This document shows positions 9,279 through 21,312 of a DNA stretch of 32,000 nt, in pieces. Position 1 is the stretch's first letter; every line of letters begins with the position of its first letter. Origin of the DNA: Aquifex aeolicus VF5 (GTDB lineage: Bacteria; Aquificota; Aquificia; Aquificales; Aquificaceae). A model generated the notes under the pieces. The model saw nothing but the letters and a program-made list of their open reading frames with translations, was not told where the DNA came from and made no database searches. The position numbers and the translations under genes were made by a program. Where the stretch lies: the NCBI RefSeq assembly GCF_000008625.1, contig NC_000918.1:1470001-1502000 (forward strand), in the 5' to 3' direction.

Positions 9279-11166
9279 TTACTCTTCGAGGGTAGAGACG
9301 TCTCCGACGTCCAGTCCGAGTTCTTCCGCTTTGAGTATTCTTCTCATTATCTTTCCGCTTCTGGTCTTTGGCAGTTTTTCCCTGAATTCTATTTCATCGG
9401 GAACGGCTATTGGTCCGAGAACATTCCTTACGTGGAGTTTTAGTTCCTCTACGAGTTTTTCGGAGGGTTCTACGCCTTTCTTGAGGACAACGAAGGCCTT
9501 TATGCTTTCACCTTTAACCTCGTGAGGCTTTCCTATTACCGCAGCTTCTGCAACGTCGGGGTGTGATACGAGAGCGCTTTCAACTTCCATGGTTCCTATC
9601 CTATGTCCCGCAACGTTTATGACGTCGTCCGCCCTACCGAGGATCATTATGTACCCTTCTTCGTCGTAAGAGGCTAGGTCTCCACACACCCTTTATGGTG
9701 TTCCAGTACTTTTCGTACCTCTCGGGCTCACCCCAGCACGTCCTGAGCATTGAGGGCCAAGGAGATTTAATTACCAAGAATCCAACGGTATTGGGGGGAA
9801 CCTTGTTTCCATCCTTGTCAACGATTTCGGGTTCTATCGTGAAGAAGGGCTTTCCTGCCTTTCCGGGCTTTGCAGGGTAAGAGGGTATCGTCGTTATCAT
9901 GTGAGCTCCCGTTTCCGTTTGCCACCATGTGTCAACGATTACGCATTTCTCCCTTCCGATATATTTGTAATACCAGAGCCAAGCTTCGGGGTTTATGGGT
10001 TCTCCTACTGAACCGAGAATTCTCAGGGAAGAGAGATCGTACTTCATAGGCCACTCTTCACCGTACCTCATGAACATCCTTATTGCTGTGGGTGCGGTGT
10101 AGAAGACGTTTACTCTATACTTTTCTACGTACCTCCACCACCTTCCCGGATCGGGATAATCGGGTGCTCCCTCGGTTATCACGGACGTAACTCCGTTTGC
10201 GAGTATTCCGTAGACTATGTAAGAGTGTCCCGTGATCCAACCTATGTCCGCGGTACACCAGTATATGTCGTCTTCGTGAAGGTCAAAGACTATCTTTGAA
10301 GTGTAGTAGGTCTGAACCATGTAACCACCCGTGGTGTGGAGAACTCCCTTCGGCTTTCCTGTGGTTCCTGAAGTGTAGAGGATAAAGAGTGGGTCTTCAG
10401 CGTCCATAACTTCGGGTTCGCACTCGGGAGAAGCGTTCTTAACCATTTCGTTGAAGTCTACAAAGAGTCCGCCCTTTTCCTCCAGGGCGTCTCCGTCCCT
10501 GTCCCACACCACTACTTTCTCAACGAAGTCCAGTCCGTCTATAGCCCTCTCAACGGTTGTGAGAAGGTCTATTTTCTTTCCTCTCCTTTGAGTGTAGCTT
10601 GCGGTGACCACGACCTTTGCCTTTGCGTCTTCAATCCTCGTTCTGAGAGCTCCTTCGGAGAATCCGGCAAATACTACGCTGTGAATAGCCCCTATCCTCG
10701 CACAAGCGAGCATCGTAGCTATCGCTTCTATGGTTGTTGGCATGTATATGGAAACTCTGTCTCCTTTCTTAACTCCCAAGGATTTGAGCCCGTTTGCTAT
10801 CCTGTTTACGAGTTCTAAGAGTTCTCCGTAGGTTATCTTCTTTTCGTTATCGTTCTCGTCAACGTAGATGTAAGCAACCTTGTTTCTCTTTCCGTTCTGG
10901 ACGTGCCTGTCGAGGCAGTTGTAGGTTATGTTGGTCTTTGCCCCTACGAACCACTTGGCGTATGGGAAGTTCCACTCGAGAACCTTGTCCCACTTCTTGA
11001 ACCAGTGGAGTTCTTCGGCTACCTTTGCCCAGAAGCCTTCGCGATCCTTGATGCTTTCCTCGTAAACCTTTTCGTAGTCTTTAATCCAAGCCCTCTCCAC
11101 TATTTCTTTGGGAGGGTAATACTTTTCTTGGATTTTTAAAAGTACTTCGGACTTTTCTTCTGCCAT
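9279..11166 (-). pseudogene. acs: acetyl-CoA synthetase (AMP-forming), interrupted by one frame change near 9678-9693
   Basis: The 510-aa ORF (9634-11166) carries the Acs N-terminal and adenylation domains (YTSGTTGKPKG, WWQTETG). The 136-aa ORF (9279-9689) in another frame carries the C-terminal domain ([42 protein letters not shown]). Together they form one collinear Acs. Confidence 0.85.
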
Positions 11167-11442
11167 GTCACCACCTCCTTTTTAATCACTTAATTTTATT
11201 CCTCAAAAGGAAATTTTTCAAAATTCAAAAAGCGTTTTAAAAATTTAAAAGGAATTTAAGGTTTTACTAATATTTTTAAACTTTTACACAAAAAGTTTTA
11301 ACCTTAACACTTGAAATCCTTGTGTATTAACAAGCTCAAGACATAACCATCGTTTTTAAAACGGTGTTTTATTTTAAAACTATTGAAATTGTTAAAAATT
11401 TGTTTCAGTATTTACATAACAAAATTCCAAGGGAGGTGTGTT
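11167..11442. promoter_or_regulatory. AT-rich divergent control region between acs and the DUF4212/symporter operon
   Basis: This 276-bp non-coding, strongly AT-rich stretch is the only long intergenic gap in the window. It contains TTTTAAAA-type palindromes (CGTTTTAAAA at 11233-11242, CGTTTT-T-AAAACG at 11351-11363, GTTTT-N5-AAAAC at 11366-11380). GGGAGGTG (SD) sits at 11431-11438. Promoter hexamers could not be placed with confidence. Confidence 0.35.
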
Positions 11443-11700
11443 ATGGATAAAGAAAAGCTGGAGGCCTACCACAAAGCCAATGTAAGGGTCATAACAATTC
11501 TGCTCATAATTTAGGCTCTCGTTTCTTACGGAGGAGCTCTAATAGCCAAATCACTGTTTAAAGCGGGAACTACTATATTCGGATTCCCCGCTCACTACTG
11601 GATAAGTGCACAGCTTTCGGTAATTACCTTTGTTGTGGAGATTTTCGTTTACGCTTGGATTATGAACAACCTTGATAAAAAATACGGAGTGGAGGAGTAA
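11443..11700 (+). pseudogene. DUF4212-type small membrane subunit of a sodium:solute symporter, with in-frame TAG at codon 24
   Basis: ATG 11443 follows a strong SD. The frame reads MDKEKLEAYHKANVRVITILLII-TAG-ALVSYGG...FGFPAHYWISAQLSVITFVVEIFVYAWIMNNLDKKYGVEE and ends TAA at 11698-11700, 3 nt before the symporter ATG. From memory, the TAG sits where family members have Trp (TGG). Confidence 0.7.
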
Positions 11701-11703
11701 GCC

Positions 11704-13323
11704 ATGGAATGGTTGGGTTACGTAATAGTCTTTGGAATAGTTGCCCTTTTTATGGCGATAGCTATTTACAACAGGGCGACCGAAGCGGAAGAGTTTTACG
11801 TACCGGTATGAGAATTCCCGCCTTCTGGAACGGAATGGCAGTAGCCGCTGACTGGATGAGTGCCGCTTCCTTCATCAGTATGGCGGAGCACTCTACGCCC
11901 TCGGGTACGACGACTCGCCTACATAATGGGATGGACGGGTGGATACGTTCTGCTCGCACTCCTGATAGCACCTTACCTCAGGAAGTTTGGAAAGTTCACA
12001 GTTCCCGACTTCATAGCGGAAAGGTACGAGAGTAACTTCGCAAGACTCGTTGCGCTTATAATCGCGATAATAATCAGCTTCACCTACATGGTCGGTCAGG
12101 TTGCCGGTGTCGGTATCATAATGGGAAGACTCTTCGGAGTTCCCTTCGAAATAGGTATAGCGATCGGAATGATAGTCATAATCGCAACCACAGTTCTGGG
12201 CGGTATGAAATCCATCACGTGGACTCAGGTTGCCCAGTACATCGTTCTTATAACAGCTTACCTCTTACCGGTTTCCCTTTTAGCAATGCAGTGGTTCGGA
12301 ATTCCCCTGCCTCAGTTTCTTTACGGTAACGTTCTCCAGTGGATCGTAGACCTTGAAAAACAACACGGTATCTCTCCCCACTACATAGAACCTTACGTTA
12401 AGTTCAACATGATTCAATTCCTCGCTTTGATGTTCGTCCTGATGGCTGGAACTGCGGCACTTCCTCACGTTCTTATGAGGTTCTTTACAACACCTTCGGT
12501 TAAGGACGCAAGGTGGAGTGCGGGATGGGCACTCTTCTTCATAGCCATACTCTACTTAACCGCTCCTGCGTACGCAGCCTTTGCAAGGTACGTCGTCCTC
12601 AAAGACGTCGTCGGTAAGCCCATAGATCAGCTTCCCGCCTGGGCACAGAAGTGGGCCGAAACGGGACTCTTTAAAGTAATAGACCAAAACGGTGACGGCA
12701 TAATCCAGTGGGCTGAACTTCAGCTCCATAGGGACATAGTCGTTCTGGCAACTCCCGAAATTGCGGGGCTCAGCTTACTCGTAGGATACTTCGTAATGGC
12801 AGGTGGTCTTGCAGCGGCACTCTCCACTGCGGACGGACTGCTACTCGTTATAGCGGCAGCGGTTTCCAATGACCTCTACGCTAAGATGATCAATCCGAAC
12901 GCACCCGAGAAAAAGATCGTTATGCTCGGTAAGATAGCGGTTGCAGTAGCGGGAGTGATAGGTGGTTTCGTAGCAGCAATGAAGATCGGATTCATCGTTC
13001 AAATAGTCGCTTGGGCGTTCTCACTGGCAACGGCATCCTTCTTCCCGGCATTGGTTCTCGGTATATTCTGGAAGCGTCTGAACAAGGAAGGTGCTATAGC
13101 AGGTATGGTTGCGGGACTGCTCGTAACGATTATCTACATTTATCTCAACAAGACTCAAGGTTTCTCCATACTGGGAATACAGCACACCGCATCTGGTGTA
13201 TTCGGACTACTGGTTAACCTGATAGTCTCCTACATAGTCACGATGATGACACCACCTCCCTCCGAAAGGGTACAGAAACTCGTTGAGGACATCAGGTATC
13301 CCAAGAAGATTCACGAAGTATGA
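11704..13323 (+). pseudogene. sodium:solute symporter family (SSS) transporter, acetate/monocarboxylate-permease-like, with three 1-nt frame changes in the first 215 nt
   Basis: Conserved SSS sequence is spread over three frames. Frame 1: MEWLGYVIVFGIVALFMAIAIYNRATEAEEFYV, then TGA at 11809. Frame 0: GMRIPAFWNGMAVAADWMSAASFISMA. Frame 2: ALYALGYD. Frame 1 again: LAYIMGWTGGYVLLALLIAPYLRKFG and onward to TGA at 13321-13323. Confidence 0.8.
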
Positions 13324-15175
13324 TAGTAGACGTCAAGGAGTTCTTACAGACACACTACCCCTTTTCCTCCCTCCCCCCTTCTTCTTTAGAAAATCTTTCT
13401 AAAGTCATAAAGGTTAAGTACTACCCTAAGGGAAGCGAGATATTCAAAAAGGACGAAAAACCACTTGAATACCTTTACGTAATAAGGAAGGGAAACGTAT
13501 CCCTCAGGTCCGACGGTGTTGAGATAGACTTTCTATCCGAAGGAGACAGCTTCGGTTTTATATCTCTAATCACCGATTCCCCTCCATCCTCAACAGCGGT
13601 AGCGGAAACGGATGTAATCCTTTACTTAATTCCTAAGGAAGTCTTTAAACAATTAATGGAGAAGTACCCCGAGTTCAGGAATTACTTTACGACTTCCCTC
13701 GCAAAGAGAATCGCCCACACAGCCGAAAGAGTAAAGGAAAACGGCGGAGCAAAAACCTTTGAGAAATTCTTAACGGTTCAGGTAAAGGATTTAAAGTTAA
13801 GAAAAGTCCCATTTATACTTCCCTCAGAGAGTGTTTACGAAGCGGTAAAGAAAATGGTAGAAGACAATTCAAGTTGTGCTATTGTAAAGTCAGAGGACGA
13901 AGAAGGTATTATAACGGAGAGGGACGTTCTTAAAAAGGTAATCTACAGGGATTTGAACCCTAAAGAGGTAAAAGTCAAAGAAGTAATGACAAGCCCCCTG
14001 ATAAGCGTAGAGCCCACAGATTTCCTCTTCGACGTCCTGCTTACCATGTCCAAGAACAACATAAGGAGAGTGGTTGTAAAGGAAGACGGAAACATACTCG
14101 GAGTTTTAGAAGACAAGGACATAATAGCCCTTGAAACCCAAAACCTTATAGTGATAGTAAAGGAAGTTGAAAAGGCAAAGAGCGTAGAAGAACTCTCTTA
14201 CCTTTACTCCTTAGTTGACGATATGGCGGTAAACCTCTTCAACGAAGGTGTGAAACCCGAAGTAATAAGCAGACTAATATCCGAAATTAACGACAAGTTC
14301 ATATCAAAAGCCATACAGCTCGCTATAAAGGAACTGGGACTTGAACCTATCGTTTCTTTCAGTTTCATGGTTCTGGGAAGCGAAGGGAGGAAGGAACAAA
14401 CCCTCAAGACTGATCAAGACAACGCCTTAATATACGACGACACTTACCCTTCACTGGACGTTGACCTTGAAGATTACTTTAAGAAATTCGGTGAGAAGAT
14501 TTCGGAAATCCTTTTGAAAATTGGATTTCCCCCCTGTCCTTCAAACGTAATGGTAAGGAATCCGGAGTGGAACAAAGGAAAAACAGAGTGGCTGAAAACC
14601 CTAGAAAAGTGGTTCTCAAAACCCGATCCCGAAAACACCTTAAAACTGGGAATCTTCCTAGACTTCAGGAACGTATTCGGAGATAAAACCCTAGAAGAAG
14701 AACTGAGGAAAAAGGTCTTCGAACTCGCAAAGGAAAACGAACTCTTAATAGCTTACATGTTTAAGGATACGGTCAGGTTCAAACCCCCCTTAGGACTTTT
14801 CGGAAGACTTAAAGTAGAAAAGGAAGGTATTGATATAAAGAAGGGCGGGATATTCCCTATAACGAGCGGTATAAGAACCTTGGCTATAAAAAACGAAATT
14901 GCGGAAACGAACACCCTTGATAGGATGAAAAAACTCTACGAGAAAGGAGTCCTCTACAAGGAGCTTTACGAAAACCTGAAGGAAGCCTTCAATTACCTTC
15001 AGTACATAAGGTTAAAGTCCCAGATAGAAAAACTAAAGGAAGGGAAACAGCCTGATAACTACGTCAATCCAGAAAGACTCAGTAAGCTAGAACTGGATCT
15101 TTTGAAGGACGCCTTTAAGGTAGTAGCTCAGTTTCAGGAATTTATAGAGACGAAGTACCTGACCTACATACCCTC

Positions 15176-15179
<4 letters not shown>
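13320..15179 (+). CDS. signal-transduction protein: cNMP-binding-like domain, CBS pair, DUF294 putative nucleotidyltransferase and DUF294_C
   Basis: 619 aa. N-terminal cyclic-nucleotide-binding fold (YVIRKGNVSL...GDSFGF). Two CBS repeats (GIITERDVLKKV, GVLEDKDIIAL). Pol-beta-type NTase motif LGSEGRKEQTLKTDQDNALIY. C-terminal helical substrate-binding-like domain. ATGA overlap with the symporter stop. Confidence 0.85.
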
Positions 15180-17740
<2,561 letters not shown>

Positions 17741-17741
17741 G

Positions 17742-18035
17742 ATGGGGAGGTTTAAGTACCGCTCCGGAAAGGTAAAGCTGGAACACCACATACTTGAAGG
17801 ACTGGAAGAGTATCTAGATGAAATACAAAAGTGGGAATGCGTAGAGAGTATAATTCCGGGAAGGATAGTGAGACAAAACAAGGGAAGGGGCTCAAAAGGA
17901 TTGTTTTTAAAGTACAGAACCATTACTGGTTATAAACTCCTTTACAAGACGGGAACCTCAGTTCAGGAAGTATTCGTGGTTTGCAAAGACTACGAGGAGT
18001 TTGAGAAAAAGTTTAAAGAAGTTTTCGGAAAATGA
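17742..18035 (+). CDS. hypothetical 97-aa soluble protein
   Basis: ATG lies 1 nt after the deacetylase stop and follows GGTGAG. ATGA overlap with the downstream peptidase gene. Basic/acidic mixed composition. No family assigned with confidence. Confidence 0.5.
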   Translation: MGRFKYRSGKVKLEHHILEGLEEYLDEIQKWECVESIIPGRIVRQNKGRGSKGLFLKYRTITGYKLLYKTGTSVQEVFVVCKDYEEFEKKFKEVFGK

Positions 18036-18808
18036 TTATCGTTTTTCTCCTTTTTATTTCTTTAATTTTTGCTTATGAGCCCGGAAGTGTTTACATTTTT
18101 AAGTTCCAAGAGGAAGGAAAGTACAGGGTAATTTTAAAGTCTAACCAAGAAGTTTACTCCTTTGACTGCACAGGGAAAATTTGTCTTTGGGGAGTGCCTC
18201 TGAGTCTAAACGGGAAAAATGCACTCCTTGAGGTAAAGAGAGGAAGTAAAATAATCTTTAAAAAGCGGATAAAAATTTCAAGAAAAAGGTTCAAGGTTTA
18301 CACATTAAGAATAAGAAAAAGGAAGCTTACACCTAAATTAATACGAAGAATTAAAAAGGAAAGAGAAAAGATTTTAAAGGTTCTGAAAACTCCCACTATT
18401 CCGGGAATTTCCCGTCTTGAGCTTTCAAAACCTTTAAATAAACTCGTGGTTACTTCTGAATTCGGAGAGATTCGTTTAATAAACGGTAAAAGGAAGAGCG
18501 TTCACAGGGGTGTAGACTTCAGGGCAAAGGAGGGAGAACTCGTTTACGCAATCATGCCCGGGAAGGTAAGACTCACCGGAAACTTCTTCTTTACAGGCAA
18601 TACGGTTATAGTAGAACACGGGCAGGGACTTTATTCCCTTTACGCTCATCTCTCGGAAATTTTAGTAAAGGAAGGACAGTTGGTAAAAGCGGGAGAGTTG
18701 ATAGGAAGGGCAGGCTCTACGGGGCGTTCAACGGGTCCGCACCTGCACCTAGGTCTTTACCTCAACGGTATTCCCTTTAATCCTCTCAGTCTTTTAAGGC
18801 TTCGGTAA
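18032..18808 (+). CDS. M23 (LytM-type) metalloendopeptidase with N-terminal signal/anchor
   Basis: Hydrophobic N-terminus [14 protein letters not shown]. Catalytic motifs HRGVDFRA and GPHLHLGLY. Confidence 0.85.
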   Translation: MIIVFLLFISLIFAYEPGSVYIFKFQEEGKYRVILKSNQEVYSFDCTGKICLWGVPLSLNGKNALLEVKRGSKIIFKKRIKISRKRFKVYTLRIRKRKLTPKLIRRIKKEREKILKVLKTPTIPGISRLELSKPLNKLVVTSEFGEIRLINGKRKSVHRGVDFRAKEGELVYAIMPGKVRLTGNFFFTGNTVIVEHGQGLYSLYAHLSEILVKEGQLVKAGELIGRAGSTGRSTGPHLHLGLYLNGIPFNPLSLLRLR

Positions 18809-20156
18809 TCCTTTCCGGTTTGAATATACCTTTTTCTGTAATAATTCCCGTTATTAACTCCGCAGGTGTTATGTCAAAGGCAAGGTGCAAAGCGTCTGAC
18901 TCCTTGGGAGCTATCGCACAACCACCGCACACTTTAACTTCCTCGGGAGAGCGTTCCTCTATGATGATTTCCTCTCCGCTCTTTATATTAGAGTCTATCG
19001 TGGAAGTCGGGGCTGCTACGTAGAAGGGAACGTTGTGTTCTTTACACAGAACTGCCAAAGTGTAAGTCCCTATTTTGTTGGCAACGTCGCCCTTTGCCGT
19101 TATGCGATCCGCCCCGACGATGACGAGGTCCACCATACCCTTTTTCATTAAAAAGCCTGCTGTGCTATCCGTTATTATCTTGTGAGGAATACTTTCCTTG
19201 ACCAGTTCCCACGCGGTGAGACGTGCCCCTTGAAGGTACGGACGCGTTTCGTCAACCCATACGAAGATGTTTTTCCCGCCGTAATGTGCACTCCTGATAA
19301 CTCCGAGGGCTGTTCCCCACCCGGCAGTCGCAAGCGCTCCCGTGTTGCAGTGAGTGAGGACTTTTGCGTTCAGAGGAACGATTTCACTCCCTATTTCTCC
19401 CATTCTTTTGTTGGCTTCGTAGTCTTCTTTTTCTATTTCTTTTGCCTCTTCTTCTATGTCTTTGCCTTCCTTTAGGGCTTTCATCATCCTGTCCAGAGCC
19501 CAGAAGAGGTTATAAGCGGTAGGTCTAGTATTTTTTAATGTTTCGTAGACTTTTTCAGGATCTTCCTTTTGAACCTTTACTCCGAGCACGAAACCGTATG
19601 CAGCTGTGCAACCTATGGCGGGAGCTCCTCTAACAGCCATTTCCTTTATAGCCTTTGCGACTTCTTCGTAAGTTTTTAACTCAAGCCAAACTTCTTGATG
19701 AGGAAGTTTTCTCTGATCAAGGAGTAAAAGCTTATCTCCCTTCCAGTAAAAGGGCTTTACTTCCATCTTCTCACCTCTCCAGAACATGTCTATCAGGAAC
19801 ACCGTAAAGAATTCGCCTTCAAAAACTTTATCTTCCCCTTTAAAGCACTCCACAAGAACCTTTTTCTTTTTTCCCTTGTCCTCGGATACTCTTGCTTTAC
19901 AAATTATTTCGTCTCCCACTTTCACGGGTTTTAAAAACTTTACGTTTGCTCCTGCGAGAACTACGTTCGGGTGATTTACCGCGAGCATAGAGGCGTAATC
20001 CGCAGCGGAAAATATAAAGCCCCCGTGCACGAGTCCCTTATCGTCCGCTTTCATACTCTCTTGAGTTTTGAGCAGAACTTCCGCGTATCCCTCTGCAACC
20101 TTAACGGGTTTTCCGCTCAGTTCCTGATTTATCCCGAGGTGTGTTCTTATATCCAT
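18786..20156 (-). CDS. mtnA: fusion ORF: hotdog-fold (PaaI/4HBT-like) thioesterase domain (aa 1-~122) plus methylthioribose-1-phosphate isomerase (eIF-2B alpha/beta/delta family, aa 131-456)
   Basis: The N-terminal part has [15 protein letters not shown] of hotdog thioesterases. From [22 protein letters not shown] onward it is a typical MtnA ([20 protein letters not shown]). See the finding on a possible 1-nt fusion event at about 19794. Confidence 0.85.
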   Translation of the reverse strand: MDIRTHLGINQELSGKPVKVAEGYAEVLLKTQESMKADDKGLVHGGFIFSAADYASMLAVNHPNVVLAGANVKFLKPVKVGDEIICKARVSEDKGKKKKVLVECFKGEDKVFEGEFFTVFLIDMFWRGEKMEVKPFYWKGDKLLLLDQRKLPHQEVWLELKTYEEVAKAIKEMAVRGAPAIGCTAAYGFVLGVKVQKEDPEKVYETLKNTRPTAYNLFWALDRMMKALKEGKDIEEEAKEIEKEDYEANKRMGEIGSEIVPLNAKVLTHCNTGALATAGWGTALGVIRSAHYGGKNIFVWVDETRPYLQGARLTAWELVKESIPHKIITDSTAGFLMKKGMVDLVIVGADRITAKGDVANKIGTYTLAVLCKEHNVPFYVAAPTSTIDSNIKSGEEIIIEERSPEEVKVCGGCAIAPKESDALHLAFDITPAELITGIITEKGIFKPERITEALKD

Positions 20157-20167
20157 AATTTAATAGA

Positions 20168-21274
20168 TTAACCTTTCTTCAGTTCTTCAAAGAGTTTTAT
20201 GTATTTATCTACAGTGTTTTCTATTGAGTAGTTTTGTACGGTTCTTATTGCGTTTTTAGAAATCCTTTTCCTTTCCTCTTCCGATAAGCTCAGGGCTTTT
20301 AAAATTTTTTCCTTCATGCCTCTCCAGTCTCCAACTTCAACCATAAACCCGTTTTCTCCGTCTTTTAAGTACTCTGGAATTCCTCCTGCGTTTGTTGAAA
20401 TCACTATCCTGCCGGTTGCCATAGCTTGAAGGAGTGCCCCGGCAATTCCCTCGGAAAAAGAACCGAACAAAAATAAATCCGCACCCTGTAAAAGCATTTC
20501 TATATCACTCCTGAACCCGAGCCCCATACAGTTTTTTTCAAGTCCGTACTTTTTGAAGGTTTCCCCTGCTTCTTCGGAATCCGTATCCAGTCCCACAAAG
20601 AACATTTTGAAATTCCTGAATGGAAGTTCTTTTAAAGCCTTTAGGATTACTTCTTGTCCTTTTCTCCAAGGTTGCCAATTCGCAACGTTTATAAACATGT
20701 ATTCGTTTTCCTTTACACCTAGTTCTTTCCTAACTTCTTCCCTTAGTTCAGGTCTTGGATAGAACCTCTGAAGTTCTATACCGCTCTGAATAATTCTTAT
20801 TCTTTCAGGGAAAAATTTCCATTTTTTTAGTTTTTCTCCCACTTCCTTTGAAACTACGACTATTCTGTTCGCCTTTGAGTATTTAAAGTATTTTGACAAA
20901 AATGAAGGCTTAAACCCGGAACGTCTCAAAGCGATTATTTTTGGCTTTTCCCTCATAAAAGAGGTAGCCATTATAACGTAGTCAAGGGCATGGGAGGAGT
21001 GAGCTATGACAAAATCGTAGTCGTTTTCTTTAATAATTTTTCTGAGTCTTAAAATATTTTTAAAATTAAACCTTGAAATTCCCCCTTTGTGTTCCTCGAA
21101 AAAGTGGATTTTTACAGGCGTTCCCTCAAGCTTTTTTACCATGTAATCATAGTCAAAGGCAAGGGCTATATGACTTTCTATTCCTTTCAGAGCCAAGTAC
21201 TTGGTTATTAAATAAGTTTGCTCCTTAGTTCCGCACCATCCAATACCGTCAACAACGTTGAGAACTTTGAACAT
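20168..21274 (-). CDS. glycosyltransferase, GT-B fold, family 4 (Glycos_transf_1 type)
   Basis: 368 aa. C-terminal EX7E region FGSFSEGIAGALLQAMATGRIVISTNAGGIPEYLKDGENGFMVE. Noticeably more AT-rich than its neighbours. Confidence 0.85.
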   Translation of the reverse strand: MFKVLNVVDGIGWCGTKEQTYLITKYLALKGIESHIALAFDYDYMVKKLEGTPVKIHFFEEHKGGISRFNFKNILRLRKIIKENDYDFVIAHSSHALDYVIMATSFMREKPKIIALRRSGFKPSFLSKYFKYSKANRIVVVSKEVGEKLKKWKFFPERIRIIQSGIELQRFYPRPELREEVRKELGVKENEYMFINVANWQPWRKGQEVILKALKELPFRNFKMFFVGLDTDSEEAGETFKKYGLEKNCMGLGFRSDIEMLLQGADLFLFGSFSEGIAGALLQAMATGRIVISTNAGGIPEYLKDGENGFMVEVGDWRGMKEKILKALSLSEEERKRISKNAIRTVQNYSIENTVDKYIKLFEELKKG

Positions 21275-21312
21275 AAATAAAAAATTTTAGAAAAGAAGAA
21301 AAGCGGGAAAAA

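Noticed and set aside
9678-9693. Programmed ribosomal frameshift in acs
   Set aside because: There is no X-XXY-YYZ slippery heptamer, no obvious downstream stem-loop or pseudoknot, and no internal SD positioned as in prfB-type +1 sites. A GT-repeat length change explains the break more simply.
11512-11514. TAG read as pyrrolysine or programmed read-through
   Set aside because: Nothing in the window suggests Pyl machinery. The codon replaces an expected Trp by a single transition, and the adjacent genes are also broken, so a plain nonsense mutation or a base-call error is far more likely.
18240-18400. Lys/Arg-rich, A-rich stretch ([30 protein letters not shown]) that looked like a DNA repeat or foreign insert
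   Set aside because: It is in frame within the M23 peptidase linker. I could identify no exact nucleotide repeat unit. It is a low-complexity basic linker and not a repeat element.
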